The position numbers were made by a program, and so were the translations under genes. A stretch of DNA of 64,000 bases, taken from Escherichia coli (GTDB lineage: Bacteria; Pseudomonadota; Gammaproteobacteria; Enterobacterales; Enterobacteriaceae). The stretch is taken from assembly GCF_041248615.1 (NCBI RefSeq), contig NZ_CP158426.1; one strand, written 5' to 3'. The notes under the pieces were generated by a model that was not told the DNA's origin, did no database searches, and saw nothing but the letters and a program-made list of their open reading frames with translations. Shown here one piece after another: positions 12,032 to 36,395 of this stretch; positions within the stretch are counted from its first letter, which is position 1; each line of letters starts with the position of its first letter.

Positions 12032-12997
12032 TCATTCTCCCCGCTGCTTATCATGCCGATAATTCACCCAGGCGTTGATAATAAATGTCATCACCAGAAT
12101 GCCAAACACCACGCCCAGCGAGACGGCGATTGGAATATGGTAGAAGTCGACAATCAGCATCTTGATACCGATAAACACCAGAATCACCGCCAGGCCATAT
12201 TTGAGCATCGAGAAACGTTCTGCTACGCCCGCCAGCAGGAAATACATCGCACGCAGGCCGAGGATCGCAAAGAGGTTTGAGGTCAGCACAATGAACGGGT
12301 CAGTGGTCACGGCGAAGATAGCCGGAATGCTATCCACGGCGAAAATCACGTCGCTCAATTCCACCAGAATCAGCACCAGCATCAGCGGCGTGGCATACAG
12401 CAAGCCATTTTTACGCACAAAGAAATGCTCGTTGTCGATGGTGTCGGTCATACGCAAATGACCGCGTAGCCAGCGCACCAGCGGCTTGTCGCCAATGCCT
12501 GATTCATCTTCATGGGCCAGCGCCATCTTCACGCCGGTAAACAGCAGGAAGGCACCGAAGATATACAGGATCCAGTCGAACTGCGAAATCAGCCAACTGC
12601 CAGTGAAGATCATGATGGTACGCAGAACAATCGCCCCGAGTACGCCATACACCAGCACGCGCCGTTGTAACGCCGCCGGAACAGAGAAATAGCTGAACAA
12701 CATCAGCCAGACAAAGACGTTATCGACCGCCAGCGATTTCTCAATCAGATAACCCGTGAGAAAGGCCAGTGCCTGTGGATCGGCAACGGCGCGACCTTCG
12801 GTTTGCACCAGATACCACCAGAAAGCGGCGTTAAACAGTAACGACAGCGTCACCCAGACCAGCGACCAGGCCGCAGCCTGTTTCATGGTCATGCCATGTG
12901 CCCCACGACGCCCCTGCAACAACAGGTCGATAGCCAGCATAATGGCGACAACAACAGCGAATCCGCCCCATAGCAACGGCGTGCCGACAGTATTCAT
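12032..12997 (-). CDS. alx: TerC-family membrane protein Alx
   Basis: 321 aa, [29 protein letters not shown]. Confidence 0.9.
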   Translation of the reverse strand: MNTVGTPLLWGGFAVVVAIMLAIDLLLQGRRGAHGMTMKQAAAWSLVWVTLSLLFNAAFWWYLVQTEGRAVADPQALAFLTGYLIEKSLAVDNVFVWLMLFSYFSVPAALQRRVLVYGVLGAIVLRTIMIFTGSWLISQFDWILYIFGAFLLFTGVKMALAHEDESGIGDKPLVRWLRGHLRMTDTIDNEHFFVRKNGLLYATPLMLVLILVELSDVIFAVDSIPAIFAVTTDPFIVLTSNLFAILGLRAMYFLLAGVAERFSMLKYGLAVILVFIGIKMLIVDFYHIPIAVSLGVVFGILVMTFIINAWVNYRHDKQRGE

Positions 12998-13200
12998 AGA
13001 AGTTCCTTACACATAAAAAAACGGCCAACGTCGGAAGACGTCAGCCGCTGCTTTTTATGCATAGACCTCGCCTTCCGGCAAGGTCTCACTTACAACAAAA
13101 AAGGAATACGTCTGCGTATTCCTTTCGGGTTGCCCGGTGACCGGATGTGGTTTTGCACACATCGTAATGACGATCGACCGACAATGAAGTTACTCCCCTT
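12998..13200 (-). ncRNA. alx 5' leader (pH-responsive RNA element, SraF region); boundaries approximate
   Basis: Long structured untranslated region directly upstream of alx in the ygjR-alx gap, where K-12 carries the alkaline-responsive leader RNA. Called from position and K-12 knowledge, not from a structure model. Confidence 0.4.
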
Positions 13201-13279
13201 TGCAGGTAACAAAGTATGACAGACCATTCAGCCAGTCAATGGTCTGTTACATACCTTTTACACTGTTTTACTTTGGCAA

Positions 13280-14266
13280 TTATAGTTTTACGCTATCTGC
13301 CGGAAAAATCACCCCAGTCTGGCTGCGGATCTCGGTCAGCAGTTTGGCGGTGATGCGACTGACCGCCAGCCCTGGATGATCCACCAGATGCTCATCCACC
13401 AGGGTAGCGAACAGCTCTGCTTCGTAGAGCATGGTATTAATATGCTGCGGTTGGGTGAGATCCTGCATCTGGCTGCCACGCGGCACAAAACACACTTTCT
13501 GGCATTCAGACAGTTTTTCAATCACCAGCGATCCCGCTTCGCCCTGAATCTCGCTTGCCAGGACAGAATCGCTCACTTTTGAGTGCTGCAACGTAACGCT
13601 GAAATCACCGTAATCCATCACCACCACGCCGTGGGCATCTACGCCGCTTGCCAACAAACTGGCGGTTGCCTGCACGCTTTTCGGCTCACCAAATAACGCC
13701 ACCGCTGACGCCAGACAGTAAAAGCCGATATCCATAATTGAACCGTTAGAGAATGCCGGATTAAAGGTGTTGGGATTCTCACCATCCAGGTAACGTTGAT
13801 ACCGCGAGGAATACTGGCAATAGTTGAAAAAGACTTTACGCAATTTGCCGACTTTCGGCAGCGCCTGGCGCAGCAAATAAAAGTTCGGCAGGCAGGCGGT
13901 TTTAAATGCCTCAAACAGCACCACCTGATTTTCCCGCGCACAGGCAATGGCGGCATCCACTTCCGCCAGATTCGACGCCAGCGGTTTCTCGCAAATCACA
14001 TGAATTTTATGGCTAAGGAAAAGTTGTGTCTGGGAAAAGTGCAGGGCATTCGGGCTGGCAATATACACCGCGTCAATGGCATCGCTTTCTGCCATCGCTT
14101 CCAGCGACGTAAACAGATGCTCGACAGAAAAATCATTGGCGAAGTGCTGGGCCTGTTCAAGGCTGCGGGAATATACGGCGGTTAACTTGTATTTACCGCT
14201 CTCATGGGCGGCCTCGACGAACTGGCGAGTGATCCAGTTCGTACCAATCACAGCGAAACGTATCAT
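13280..14266 (-). CDS. ygjR: predicted NAD(P)-dependent oxidoreductase (GFO/IDH/MocA family)
   Basis: Start set at MIRFAVIGTNWITRQF (ATG 14264-14266), 328 aa; the ORF track offers a 6-codon longer alternative from 14284. Confidence 0.85.
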   Translation of the reverse strand: MIRFAVIGTNWITRQFVEAAHESGKYKLTAVYSRSLEQAQHFANDFSVEHLFTSLEAMAESDAIDAVYIASPNALHFSQTQLFLSHKIHVICEKPLASNLAEVDAAIACARENQVVLFEAFKTACLPNFYLLRQALPKVGKLRKVFFNYCQYSSRYQRYLDGENPNTFNPAFSNGSIMDIGFYCLASAVALFGEPKSVQATASLLASGVDAHGVVVMDYGDFSVTLQHSKVSDSVLASEIQGEAGSLVIEKLSECQKVCFVPRGSQMQDLTQPQHINTMLYEAELFATLVDEHLVDHPGLAVSRITAKLLTEIRSQTGVIFPADSVKL

Positions 14267-14344
14267 AACGCGTGGATACTCCATAAAGGGATTCTGTCGT
14301 CAATGTAGCACGCCTTTTTCATCTTCGACGTGCGCAGATACGCA

Positions 14345-15037
14345 TTATTCTTTCGCCGGACAGCCATGCTCACTAAACGGCCCAATCATGACCGATGGCC
14401 CGAGATATTTCGGCTGGCGATGGAGGATTTTTGCGTCAATCACCGCGCTGACTCTGGCGAGTTTCTCCCGTAACTGAGTATAAAAACCGTGCTTCATATT
14501 GAGGTCTGGCGCGTTAAAGCCGATAGCGTCGATGCCGTACTGTTTTGCCAGCCAGATGGCGCGTTGGTTATGAAATTCTTGCGAAATAATGGTGATATGG
14601 TTTTCCCCAAACACCTTTTTGGCACGCACTACCGAATCCAGCGTTGAGAATCCGGCATAGTCGCAGAAGATCACTTTCGCCGGTACGCCTTTAGCGATCA
14701 AAGCCTGCTGCATACCTGAGGCTTCATCGTAATTTTTACGTCCGTTATCGCCACTTACCAGTAGCCATTTCACTTTTCCGGCGTGGTACAACGCTGCTGC
14801 GGTATCAATACGTCGGGTAAAGTAGCGATTACCCGGCCTCGCCCCCAGCAATAAACCCACGTTACGCGCCGGAACTGCGTTGACATCGCTCCAGGTCAGC
14901 TGCTTGCTGGTGTTGACCATAACGCGATCGGCAATAAAAAGGGTCGCTCCTGCTGTAAGCAACAATAAACAGCCAATCTTAAGAGTCCGGCGAGAAAAAC
15001 AAATACGGAGAAGAAGGCGGGCAAAGGCGCGCAGCAT
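14345..15037 (-). CDS. ygjQ: DUF218-domain protein YgjQ
   Basis: 230 aa, N-terminal membrane anchor; synteny with K-12. Confidence 0.85.
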   Translation of the reverse strand: MLRAFARLLLRICFSRRTLKIGCLLLLTAGATLFIADRVMVNTSKQLTWSDVNAVPARNVGLLLGARPGNRYFTRRIDTAAALYHAGKVKWLLVSGDNGRKNYDEASGMQQALIAKGVPAKVIFCDYAGFSTLDSVVRAKKVFGENHITIISQEFHNQRAIWLAKQYGIDAIGFNAPDLNMKHGFYTQLREKLARVSAVIDAKILHRQPKYLGPSVMIGPFSEHGCPAKE

Positions 15038-15113
15038 GGTCGTTATCCTTAACGAAAGGGGGGAGGTCGATTTTAGGCGCTAAAGGAAGAAAAGATAACG
15101 CCTGACATCATTT

Positions 15114-15617
15114 TCAGATTTTGTCCTGCCCAAGTGACAACTGCGTTAGCCACAGACGAGTGTCGAATTCAAGCTGGTGGTACTGCGGCTCCATATGACA
15201 GCACAATTGATAGAACGCTTTGTTATGCTCTTTCTCCTTCAGGTGCGCCAACTCGTGCACCACGATCATGCGCAAAAACGGTTCCGGCGCGTTGCGAAAC
15301 ACGGTAGCGACGCGGATCTCCGCCTTTGCTTTCAGCTTACCGCCCTGCACACGCGAAATAGCGGTATGTAACCCGAGCGCGTTTTTCAGCACATGGATCT
15401 TATTGTCATACATCACTTTAGTGATCGGCGGGGCATTGCGCAGAAACTGATTTTTCAGATCCTGGGTATATTGCCAGAGGGCTTTATCGGTGGCGTAGTC
15501 GTGTGTTCCCGGATAGCGTTTTGCCAGCACATCGCCCAGACGCTGTTCGTTAATCAGCGTTCGCACCTGGGAAAGTAGCTGGTCGGGATAACCCTGAAGA
15601 TAAGTAAGATTGCTCAT
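15114..15617 (-). CDS. ygjP: predicted metal-dependent hydrolase YgjP
   Basis: HELAH(L) zinc-hydrolase motif; start set at [13 protein letters not shown] (ATG 15615-15617); ORF-track 5' extension rejected. Confidence 0.85.
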   Translation of the reverse strand: MSNLTYLQGYPDQLLSQVRTLINEQRLGDVLAKRYPGTHDYATDKALWQYTQDLKNQFLRNAPPITKVMYDNKIHVLKNALGLHTAISRVQGGKLKAKAEIRVATVFRNAPEPFLRMIVVHELAHLKEKEHNKAFYQLCCHMEPQYHQLEFDTRLWLTQLSLGQDKI

Positions 15618-15701
15618 AACCGCCCACGAAAAAGAGAAAAAGGGTATACTCACGCACCCTTTTCAGGGGCAACGTCGAAATTTTATCATTCAGGAGGGCC
15701 G

Positions 15702-16838
15702 ATGAGCCACTTAGACAACGGTTTCCGTTCACTGACACTACAACGTTTTCCGGCGACGGATGACGTTAACCCGCTACAGGCGTGGGAAGCGGCGGATGAA
15801 TATTTGCTGCAACAGTTGGACGACACAGAAATCCGCGGCCCGGTGTTGATCCTGAATGATGCCTTTGGTGCGTTAAGTTGTGCACTGGCGGAACATAAGC
15901 CTTACAGCATTGGCGACTCATACATCAGCGAACTGGCGACGCGCGAGAATTTACGCCTCAACGGGATTGATGAATCGAGCGTGAAGTTTCTCGACAGCAC
16001 CGCTGACTACCCGCAACAGCCGGGCGTGGTACTGATCAAAGTACCGAAAACACTGGCGTTGCTGGAACAACAACTGCGTGCGCTGCGCAAAGTGGTCACG
16101 CCGGATACACGTATTATTGCCGGTGCCAAAGCCCGTGACATCCACACTTCCACGCTGGAACTGTTCGAAAAAGTGCTCGGCCCGACCACCACCACGCTGG
16201 CATGGAAGAAGGCACGCTTAATTAACTGTACTTTCAACGAGCCGCCGCTGGCCGATGCGCCGCAGACCGTTAGCTGGAAACTGGAAGGTACTGACTGGAC
16301 TATCCACAACCATGCGAATGTCTTCTCCCGCACCGGGCTGGATATTGGCGCGCGCTTCTTTATGCAGCATCTGCCAGAGAATCTCGAAGGTGAGATTGTC
16401 GATCTCGGTTGTGGTAATGGCGTTATTGGTCTGACGCTGCTTGATAAAAACCCGCAGGCGAAAGTGGTGTTTGTCGATGAATCGCCGATGGCGGTTGCTT
16501 CCAGCCGTTTGAACGTTGAAACCAACATGCCAGAGGCGTTGGATCGCTGCGAGTTTATGATCAACAACGCGCTCTCCGGCGTGGAGCCTTTCCGCTTTAA
16601 TGCTGTGCTCTGCAACCCGCCGTTTCATCAGCAACATGCGCTGACCGATAACGTCGCCTGGGAGATGTTCCACCACGCCCGCCGCTGTCTGAAAATCAAC
16701 GGCGAGCTGTATATCGTTGCCAACCGTCACCTGGATTACTTCCATAAACTGAAGAAGATTTTCGGCAACTGCACCACCATCGCCACGAATAATAAATTTG
16801 TGGTGCTGAAAGCAGTGAAGCTGGGGCGTCGTCGGTAA
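15702..16838 (+). CDS. rlmG: 23S rRNA m2G1835 methyltransferase
   Basis: 378 aa; SAM-binding motif [10 protein letters not shown] and NPPFH catalytic motif. Confidence 0.9.
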   Translation: MSHLDNGFRSLTLQRFPATDDVNPLQAWEAADEYLLQQLDDTEIRGPVLILNDAFGALSCALAEHKPYSIGDSYISELATRENLRLNGIDESSVKFLDSTADYPQQPGVVLIKVPKTLALLEQQLRALRKVVTPDTRIIAGAKARDIHTSTLELFEKVLGPTTTTLAWKKARLINCTFNEPPLADAPQTVSWKLEGTDWTIHNHANVFSRTGLDIGARFFMQHLPENLEGEIVDLGCGNGVIGLTLLDKNPQAKVVFVDESPMAVASSRLNVETNMPEALDRCEFMINNALSGVEPFRFNAVLCNPPFHQQHALTDNVAWEMFHHARRCLKINGELYIVANRHLDYFHKLKKIFGNCTTIATNNKFVVLKAVKLGRRR

Positions 16839-16849
16839 GATTGGCAGCT

Positions 16850-16945
16850 ACCTGCCAGATAAGGCGTAAACGCCTTATCTGGCATACGTTCAGCACATTA
16901 CCCCCAGGTCGGATAAGACGCGGCAAGCGTCGCATCCGGCACTTC
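16850..16945. repeat. REP elements (BIME-like cluster)
   Basis: Palindromic units GCCAGATAAGGCGTAAACGCCTTATCTGGC and GGTCGGATAAGACGCGGCAAGCGTCGCATCCGGCAC between convergent rlmG and fadH. Confidence 0.55.
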
Positions 16946-16955
16946 AATGCACGAT

Positions 16956-19001
<2,046 letters not shown>

Positions 19002-19099
19002 TTATGTGGTCGGATGAGTTCTAATTTAGCCGTCGCCGGAGAAAAGGGAAAAGGGGAGTGCGGGGTTTGTGATGGGATTCAAAAAGAATACGCCCGGTG

Positions 19100-19190
<91 letters not shown>

Positions 19191-19199
19191 CATTGCAAA

Positions 19200-31080
<11,881 letters not shown>

Positions 31081-31286
31081 TTAACATCTGTTGTTATTTT
31101 GCACGGTTTTTGTCGGGTATGGATTTGGCGATTGCTGCGCAAATGCACACTTTCAGGGCAACAACTGCCTGATTTTTGGGCAAGATAATTAACGTTTTCG
31201 TATAGTAATAGAGTGAAAGTATTTTAAATCAAGAGATTAGATTTATGCTTTAATCGCAAATTGCGATCTAAATCAAATTAATCAGT

Positions 31287-31315
31287 TAAAGATAACCGCA
31301 GCGGGGCCGACATAA
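31287..31315 (+). promoter_or_regulatory. sigma-28 (FliA) class III promoter of aer
   Basis: TAAAGATA - 11 bp - GCCGACATAA matches the sigma-28 consensus TAAAGTTT-N11-GCCGATAA about 50 bp upstream of aer. Confidence 0.55.
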
Positions 31316-31362
31316 ACTCTGACAAGAAGTTAACAACCATATAACCTGCACAGGACGCGAAC

Positions 31363-32883
31363 ATGTCTTCTCATCCGTATGTCACCCAGCAAAATACCCC
31401 GCTGGCGGACGATACCACTCTGATGTCCACTACCGATCTGCAAAGCTATATCACTCATGCTAATGACACTTTTGTGCAGGTGAGCGGCTTTACCTTGCAA
31501 GAGTTACAAGGGCAGCCGCACAACATGGTGCGTCACCCGGATATGCCAAAAGCGGCGTTTGCAGATATGTGGTTCACCCTGAAAAAAGGGGAGCCCTGGA
31601 GCGGCATCGTGAAAAATCGCCGCAAAAATGGCGACCATTATTGGGTGCGGGCCAATGCGGTACCGATGGTGCGCGAGGGAAAAATCAGTGGCTATATGTC
31701 GATTCGTACCCGGGCGACGGATGAAGAGATCGCGGCGGTGGAGCCGCTGTACAAAGCGTTAAACGCCGGACGTACCAGTAAACGTATTCATAAAGGCCTG
31801 GTGGTGCGTAAAGGCTGGCTGGGTAAACTGCCTTCATTACCGCTTCGCTGGCGGGCGCGTGGCGTGATGACCCTGATGTTTATCTTGCTGGCGGTCATGC
31901 TTTGGTTTGTTGCTGCCCCGGTGGTGACGTATATCCTCTGTGCGTTAGTGGTATTGTTGGCAAGCGCCTGTTTTGAATGGCAGATTGTCCGCCCGATAGA
32001 AAATGTCGCCCGTCAGGCACTGAAGGTGGCGACCGGAGAGCGTAATAGTGTTGAGCATCTGAATCGCAGCGATGAGCTGGGGCTGACATTACGCGCGGTA
32101 GGGCAGCTTGGCCTGATGTGCCGTTGGCTAATTAACGATGTCTCAAGCCAGGTGTCCAGTGTCAGAAACGGCAGTGAGACGCTGGCGAAAGGCACCGATG
32201 AACTGAACGAACATACCCAGCAGACAGTTGATAACGTTCAGCAAACGGTGGCGACCATGAACCAAATGGCGGCGTCGGTGAAACAGAACTCTGCCACGGC
32301 GTCGGCTGCCGATAAACTTTCTATCACTGCCAGTAATGCGGCAGTGCAGGGCGGGGAGGCGATGACCACGGTGATCAAGACAATGGACGATATCGCCGAC
32401 AGTACCCAGCGCATTGGCACCATTACTTCGCTGATTAACGATATTGCGTTTCAGACCAATATTCTGGCCCTGAATGCGGCGGTGGAAGCGGCGCGTGCCG
32501 GCAAACAAGGCAAAGGTTTTGCAGTGGTGGCAGGGGAAGTGCGTCATTTAGCCAGCCGCAGCGCCAATGCTGCCAACGATATTCGCAAGCTGATTGATGC
32601 CAGTGCTGATAAGGTGCAATCCGGTTCGCAGCAGGTACATGCAGCCGGACGGACGATGGAAGATATTGTGGCACAGGTGAAAAACGTCACCCAATTGATC
32701 GCCCAGATTAGCCATTCAACGCTGGAACAGGCCGATGGGCTTTCCAGCCTGACCCGTGCAGTGGATGAGCTTAACCTCATCACCCAGAAAAATGCCGAGC
32801 TGGTGGAAGAGAGTGCGCAGGTGTCGGCGATGGTGAAACACCGCGCCAGCCGACTGGAAGACGCGGTGACGGTGCTGCATTAA
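31363..32883 (+). CDS. aer: aerotaxis receptor (PAS-FAD, HAMP, MCP signalling domain)
   Basis: 506 aa, [34 protein letters not shown]. Confidence 0.92.
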   Translation: MSSHPYVTQQNTPLADDTTLMSTTDLQSYITHANDTFVQVSGFTLQELQGQPHNMVRHPDMPKAAFADMWFTLKKGEPWSGIVKNRRKNGDHYWVRANAVPMVREGKISGYMSIRTRATDEEIAAVEPLYKALNAGRTSKRIHKGLVVRKGWLGKLPSLPLRWRARGVMTLMFILLAVMLWFVAAPVVTYILCALVVLLASACFEWQIVRPIENVARQALKVATGERNSVEHLNRSDELGLTLRAVGQLGLMCRWLINDVSSQVSSVRNGSETLAKGTDELNEHTQQTVDNVQQTVATMNQMAASVKQNSATASAADKLSITASNAAVQGGEAMTTVIKTMDDIADSTQRIGTITSLINDIAFQTNILALNAAVEAARAGKQGKGFAVVAGEVRHLASRSANAANDIRKLIDASADKVQSGSQQVHAAGRTMEDIVAQVKNVTQLIAQISHSTLEQADGLSSLTRAVDELNLITQKNAELVEESAQVSAMVKHRASRLEDAVTVLH

Positions 32884-32889
32884 TCGATA

Positions 32890-32985
32890 TGCCGGATCCG
32901 GTGTTTGATACACGATGCCTGATGCGATGCTGGCGCATCTTATCAGGCCTACGGGGGGGTAGGGTACGCCGCATCCGGCAATCGG
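32890..32985. repeat. REP elements
   Basis: TGCCGGATCCGG..., ATGCTGGCGCATCTTATCAGGCCTAC and GGGTACGCCGCATCCGGCA between convergent aer and yqjI. Confidence 0.5.
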
Positions 32986-32988
32986 TGA

Positions 32989-33612
32989 TTAATCCAGTTG
33001 CGTAATATCAAAAGCGGCGCGGTCGATCACCGCAATGATCTTTTTTATTTGTGCATCAGTGATATCGCTCTGGTTGACGCGTAAATCCAGCACCGCTTTA
33101 AAATTATCCAGTGCCCGCTTCATTTGCGGGTTCTGGCGCAGCGCAGCGCCAACGCAACGCGCTTTGATGCGTTCTTCAATCATCTCTACCTGTTCGCGGT
33201 TTTCTTCCAGCCACTGCGCGCCTTGTTCGGTCAACGCAATCTGCTTCTTACCACCTTCCTCTTCGCGGATGGTAATCAGCGACTGCTCCTGCAGAAAATC
33301 CAGCGTTGGGTAGATGACGCCCGGGCTTGGGGTGTAATTCCCCTGGGTTAGATTCTCAATCGCTTTAATCAATTCGTAACCGTGGCTGTCATCGCGCGAG
33401 AGAATATCCAGAATCACCAGACGTAATTCACCGTGACCAAAGAAACGTTGCCGACGACCGCCGCCGCGACCGTGGCGACCACCGCAGCATTGACCGTGTT
33501 CATGCTGGTGACCGTGTCCGCAGTGCTCATGTTCTGACTTCTCACCTTTGCAGCAGCCTTCATGGCGTGGCTGGCCTTCATGTTTACAACACCCTTCGTG
33601 ATGATGGCTCAT
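32989..33612 (-). CDS. yqjI: PadR-family metal-responsive repressor
   Basis: 207 aa with His/Cys-rich N-terminus (HHHEGCCKHEGQPRHEGCCKGE) and PadR-type winged helix. Confidence 0.88.
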   Translation of the reverse strand: MSHHHEGCCKHEGQPRHEGCCKGEKSEHEHCGHGHQHEHGQCCGGRHGRGGGRRQRFFGHGELRLVILDILSRDDSHGYELIKAIENLTQGNYTPSPGVIYPTLDFLQEQSLITIREEEGGKKQIALTEQGAQWLEENREQVEMIEERIKARCVGAALRQNPQMKRALDNFKAVLDLRVNQSDITDAQIKKIIAVIDRAAFDITQLD

Positions 33613-33619
33613 ATCAGCC

Positions 33620-33885
33620 TCCTTTTGCTTAATTAGATATATCTAATTTATATCTGATATGAGCGCTCTTGCAAGTATAAAAATGATTTTTAAACGTGAA
33701 TGCACCTCACATCCAGGCCGGATAATACGTTCACGCCGCATCCGCCAGCCTTTCTACGACGTTGAATGTCTTCTCATACCTCAGATATATCAGTTCTACA
33801 AATCGCTTGCATTTATCATGATTAACAATCATTATCATTTACGAAATTTATTTAGATATATCTGATTACTATCACGAAGGCGATA
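33620..33885. promoter_or_regulatory. yqjI / yqjH divergent promoter region with Fur box and repeated palindrome TTAGATATATCT
   Basis: GATTAACAATCATTATCATT (about 33820-33839) matches the Fur box consensus GATAATGATAATCATTATC; the palindrome TTAGATATATCT occurs at about 33633-33644 and 33852-33863, next to each start codon; a REP-like unit lies at about 33706-33750. Confidence 0.5.
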
Positions 33886-33888
33886 ACA

Positions 33889-34653
33889 ATGAATAACTCC
33901 CCCCGCTACCCGCAGCGCGTTCGCAATGATCTGCGCTTCCGTGAACTGACTGTGCTACGCGTTGAGCGTATTAGCGCCGGTTTTCAGCGCATTGTCCTTG
34001 GCGGCGAGGCGCTGGACGGTTTTACATCGCGCGGCTTTGACGATCACAGCAAACTCTTCTTTCCTCAATCTGATGCTCACTTTGTGCCGCCAACGGTAAC
34101 GGAAGAGGGTATCGTCTGGCCGGAAGGACCACGCCCACCGTCGCGTGACTATACGCCGCTGTATGACGAACTACGCCATGAACTGGCGATTGATTTCTTT
34201 ATTCACGAAGGTGGCGTCGCCAGCAGCTGGGCAATGCAGGCGCAACCGGGCGATAAACTTACGGTGGCAGGTCCGCGCGGTTCGCTGGTGGTGCCAGAGG
34301 ATTACGCGTATCAGCTGTATGTCTGCGATGAATCCGGAATGCCCGCACTGCGCCGCCGCCTGGAAACGTTGAGCAAACTTGCCGTTAAACCGCAAGTTAG
34401 CGCACTGGTTAGCGTGCGGGATCACGCCTGCCAGGATTATCTCGCGCACCTTGATGGTTTTAATATCGAATGGCTGGCGCATGATGAGCAGGCGGTAGAT
34501 GCGCGTCTGGCGCAGATGCAAATCCCTGCCGATGATTACTTCATCTGGATAACCGGCGAAGGCAAAGTCGTTAAGAATTTAAGCCGCCGCTTTGAAGCGG
34601 AACAGTATGATCCACAGCGGGTACGTGCAGCGGCTTACTGGCACGCAAAGTAA
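33889..34653 (+). CDS. yqjH: NADPH-dependent ferric-siderophore reductase (siderophore-interacting protein family)
   Basis: 254 aa, MNNSPRYPQRVRNDLRFRELTVLRVERISAGFQRIVLGG. Confidence 0.88.
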   Translation: MNNSPRYPQRVRNDLRFRELTVLRVERISAGFQRIVLGGEALDGFTSRGFDDHSKLFFPQSDAHFVPPTVTEEGIVWPEGPRPPSRDYTPLYDELRHELAIDFFIHEGGVASSWAMQAQPGDKLTVAGPRGSLVVPEDYAYQLYVCDESGMPALRRRLETLSKLAVKPQVSALVSVRDHACQDYLAHLDGFNIEWLAHDEQAVDARLAQMQIPADDYFIWITGEGKVVKNLSRRFEAEQYDPQRVRAAAYWHAK

Positions 34654-34659
34654 CTGATA

Positions 34660-34702
34660 TATAAAAAGAAAAAGGCTGATGATTTCTCGTCAGCCTTTGC
34701 TA
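34660..34702 (-). terminator. rho-independent terminator downstream of the tRNA fragment
   Basis: Minus-strand hairpin AAAGGCTGACGAGAAATCATCAGCCTTT followed by a T-run, directly 3' of the tRNA 3' end. Confidence 0.55.
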
Positions 34703-34706
34703 TATC

Positions 34707-34753
34707 TGGTGGCCCCTGCTGGACTTGAACCAGCGACCAAGCGATTATGAGTC
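34707..34753 (-). tRNA. ileX: 3'-terminal 47-nt fragment of a CAU-anticodon tRNA (ileX-type tRNA-Ile2); not a complete gene; candidate island att site
   Basis: Revcomp reads GACTCATAATCGCTTGGTCGCTGGTTCAAGTCCAGCAGGGGCCACCA (anticodon loop with CAU, T-arm, acceptor 3' strand, CCA); upstream sequence cannot pair as a 5' acceptor strand, so the gene is truncated at the anticodon stem. Confidence 0.7.
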
Positions 34754-34879
34754 ATGAGGCAAGTTCGTTCTATATTGTTTTTGTTTGTTCGTGATTGCTT
34801 TATTAGTTGTTTGTAATCAATAAATTATGTGATTTTCCCTGTCTCCGCTTGGTTCCGTTTTTTCTTCATTGTACGATCG

Positions 34880-34903
34880 TTACCTGACCCATTACCTGAC
34901 CCA
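34880..34903 (+). repeat. perfect tandem 12-bp direct repeat TTACCTGACCCA x2 (candidate integrase arm-type sites)
   Basis: Two adjacent identical copies about 50 bp upstream of the integrase start, inside the att-proximal region. Confidence 0.4.
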
Positions 34904-34949
34904 AAATCACGAGTTATTCTGATTGTTACTGGTTTAGAAAAGAGGTTCT

Positions 34950-36266
34950 ATGGCCGTCAATCTTACTGAAACAGCCATCCGAGCATTGAAAGCAAAAAAG
35001 ACATCGTTCTATGTCTGGAGCAACAGCTCTCAACGTGGCACTGGACGACTTGGTGTCAAAGTTCAGCCTTCTGGCAGCAAGATTTTCTATTTCCGCTATT
35101 ACGTGGAAAAAGGGAAAAAAGAAAGATTCATTCAATTGGGTATATGGCCTGAGATGAAACTGGCCACAGCGAATGAACTGGCAAAAAAGTATGGTGCCTG
35201 GCTCATTGAAGGAAAGGCTCCCCAGGCAGAACTGGAACGACAACAGTTTGCAGAACAGCAGCGGATACAACTCCATCAATCACAGGGCTCATTTGAAGCA
35301 TTGATTCATGGTTATGTTAACAAAATGAAAATTGATAATAAGAGGACATGGCAGGATGTTCTGAAACGCCTTGAAAATGAATGCTATACAGTGATCCCCC
35401 GTGAAACTAAAGCTAAAGATGTGACTTCCGGACAGATTAAACATATCCTGGCCGGGATCATTCAGCGCGGTGCTGTGGTTCACTCTAACCGGATCCGTTC
35501 TTACCTGATGGCTGCATTTAACTATGGACTGAAAGCAGATAACGATCCGATGAACACAAGTGTAGGGATTACTTTTGGGCTGGAGGCAAATCCGGTGTCA
35601 GTGATACCGAAACAGTCATCTGCTGAAAAAGTCGGTGATACCTGGCTGACACTTGAAGAGTTGCGTTTTCTAATGGAACATTTTGCTGAAGCAACCAACG
35701 TTGGATTATTGATGCAACATTTGATCCGATTCTGTATCTATACCGGAGGGCAACGTCCTTTCGAAATGATCGCCAGTCAGTGGTGTGATGTTGATTTTCA
35801 ACAAAAAACGCTGCTGGTGACTGCTGATGTCTCTAAAAATAAACGAGAGCATTTGATACCGTTGACTGAATCAGCATTACAGGAATTATCCTGTGTGCAG
35901 GAGTTAACAAAAGAAAAATCCAGCCCTTACATTTTTCCACTTTCGACTAATGGTAAGCGTCCGGTTCGTACGGACAGTCTGGCTCGCGCTATCATGTATT
36001 TCCGGGCTTTTAATCCTGACTTTAAAATTTTTACAGCACGTGACTTACGTCGGACCTGTAAAACGTTAATGGGAGAAGCTGGGATCAGTAAGGAAATCCG
36101 CGATCGTATTCAAAATCATGCGTTGAACGATGTCAGTTCAAAACATTATGATCGATACGATTATTTGCCAGAAAAACGCAGAGCACTTGAGATCTGGGAG
36201 GACCGGGTTAATAACTATCAACAGCAAACAGGCAATAATGTTGTCAATCTGTTTGGCAGAAGGTGA
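34950..36266 (+). CDS. tyrosine site-specific integrase (P4-type)
   Basis: 438 aa; N-terminal arm-binding-like region (KVQPSGSKIFYFRYYVEKGKK); C-terminal catalytic-region motifs (HDLRRT..., ...HYDRYDY); good ribosome-binding site AAAAGAGG. Confidence 0.88.
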   Translation: MAVNLTETAIRALKAKKTSFYVWSNSSQRGTGRLGVKVQPSGSKIFYFRYYVEKGKKERFIQLGIWPEMKLATANELAKKYGAWLIEGKAPQAELERQQFAEQQRIQLHQSQGSFEALIHGYVNKMKIDNKRTWQDVLKRLENECYTVIPRETKAKDVTSGQIKHILAGIIQRGAVVHSNRIRSYLMAAFNYGLKADNDPMNTSVGITFGLEANPVSVIPKQSSAEKVGDTWLTLEELRFLMEHFAEATNVGLLMQHLIRFCIYTGGQRPFEMIASQWCDVDFQQKTLLVTADVSKNKREHLIPLTESALQELSCVQELTKEKSSPYIFPLSTNGKRPVRTDSLARAIMYFRAFNPDFKIFTARDLRRTCKTLMGEAGISKEIRDRIQNHALNDVSSKHYDRYDYLPEKRRALEIWEDRVNNYQQQTGNNVVNLFGRR

Positions 36267-36395
36267 GGGAGTTCCTGGTTGCTGTACGAATTGTGTACAA
36301 TTGATGGGTATTGTTGATGCACTTGGTTCTTGTATTGTTTACTATAATTATTGAGGTAAATTTTCGTGCCGGTATTACTCAGAGGGGATTCAAAA

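Noticed and set aside
16007-16745. 202- and 175-codon minus-strand ORFs inside rlmG
   Set aside because: Antisense to rlmG and overlapping each other; no independent support.
33659-33865. 68-codon ORF in the yqjI-yqjH intergenic region
   Set aside because: Lies across the Fur box, operator palindromes and a REP-like unit in a divergent promoter region; unlikely to be coding.
34707-34790. Possibility of an intact tRNA gene at the island junction
   Set aside because: Only the 3' 47 nt match a tRNA; the upstream 30 nt cannot form the 5' acceptor strand or D-arm, so this is a fragment and not a gene.
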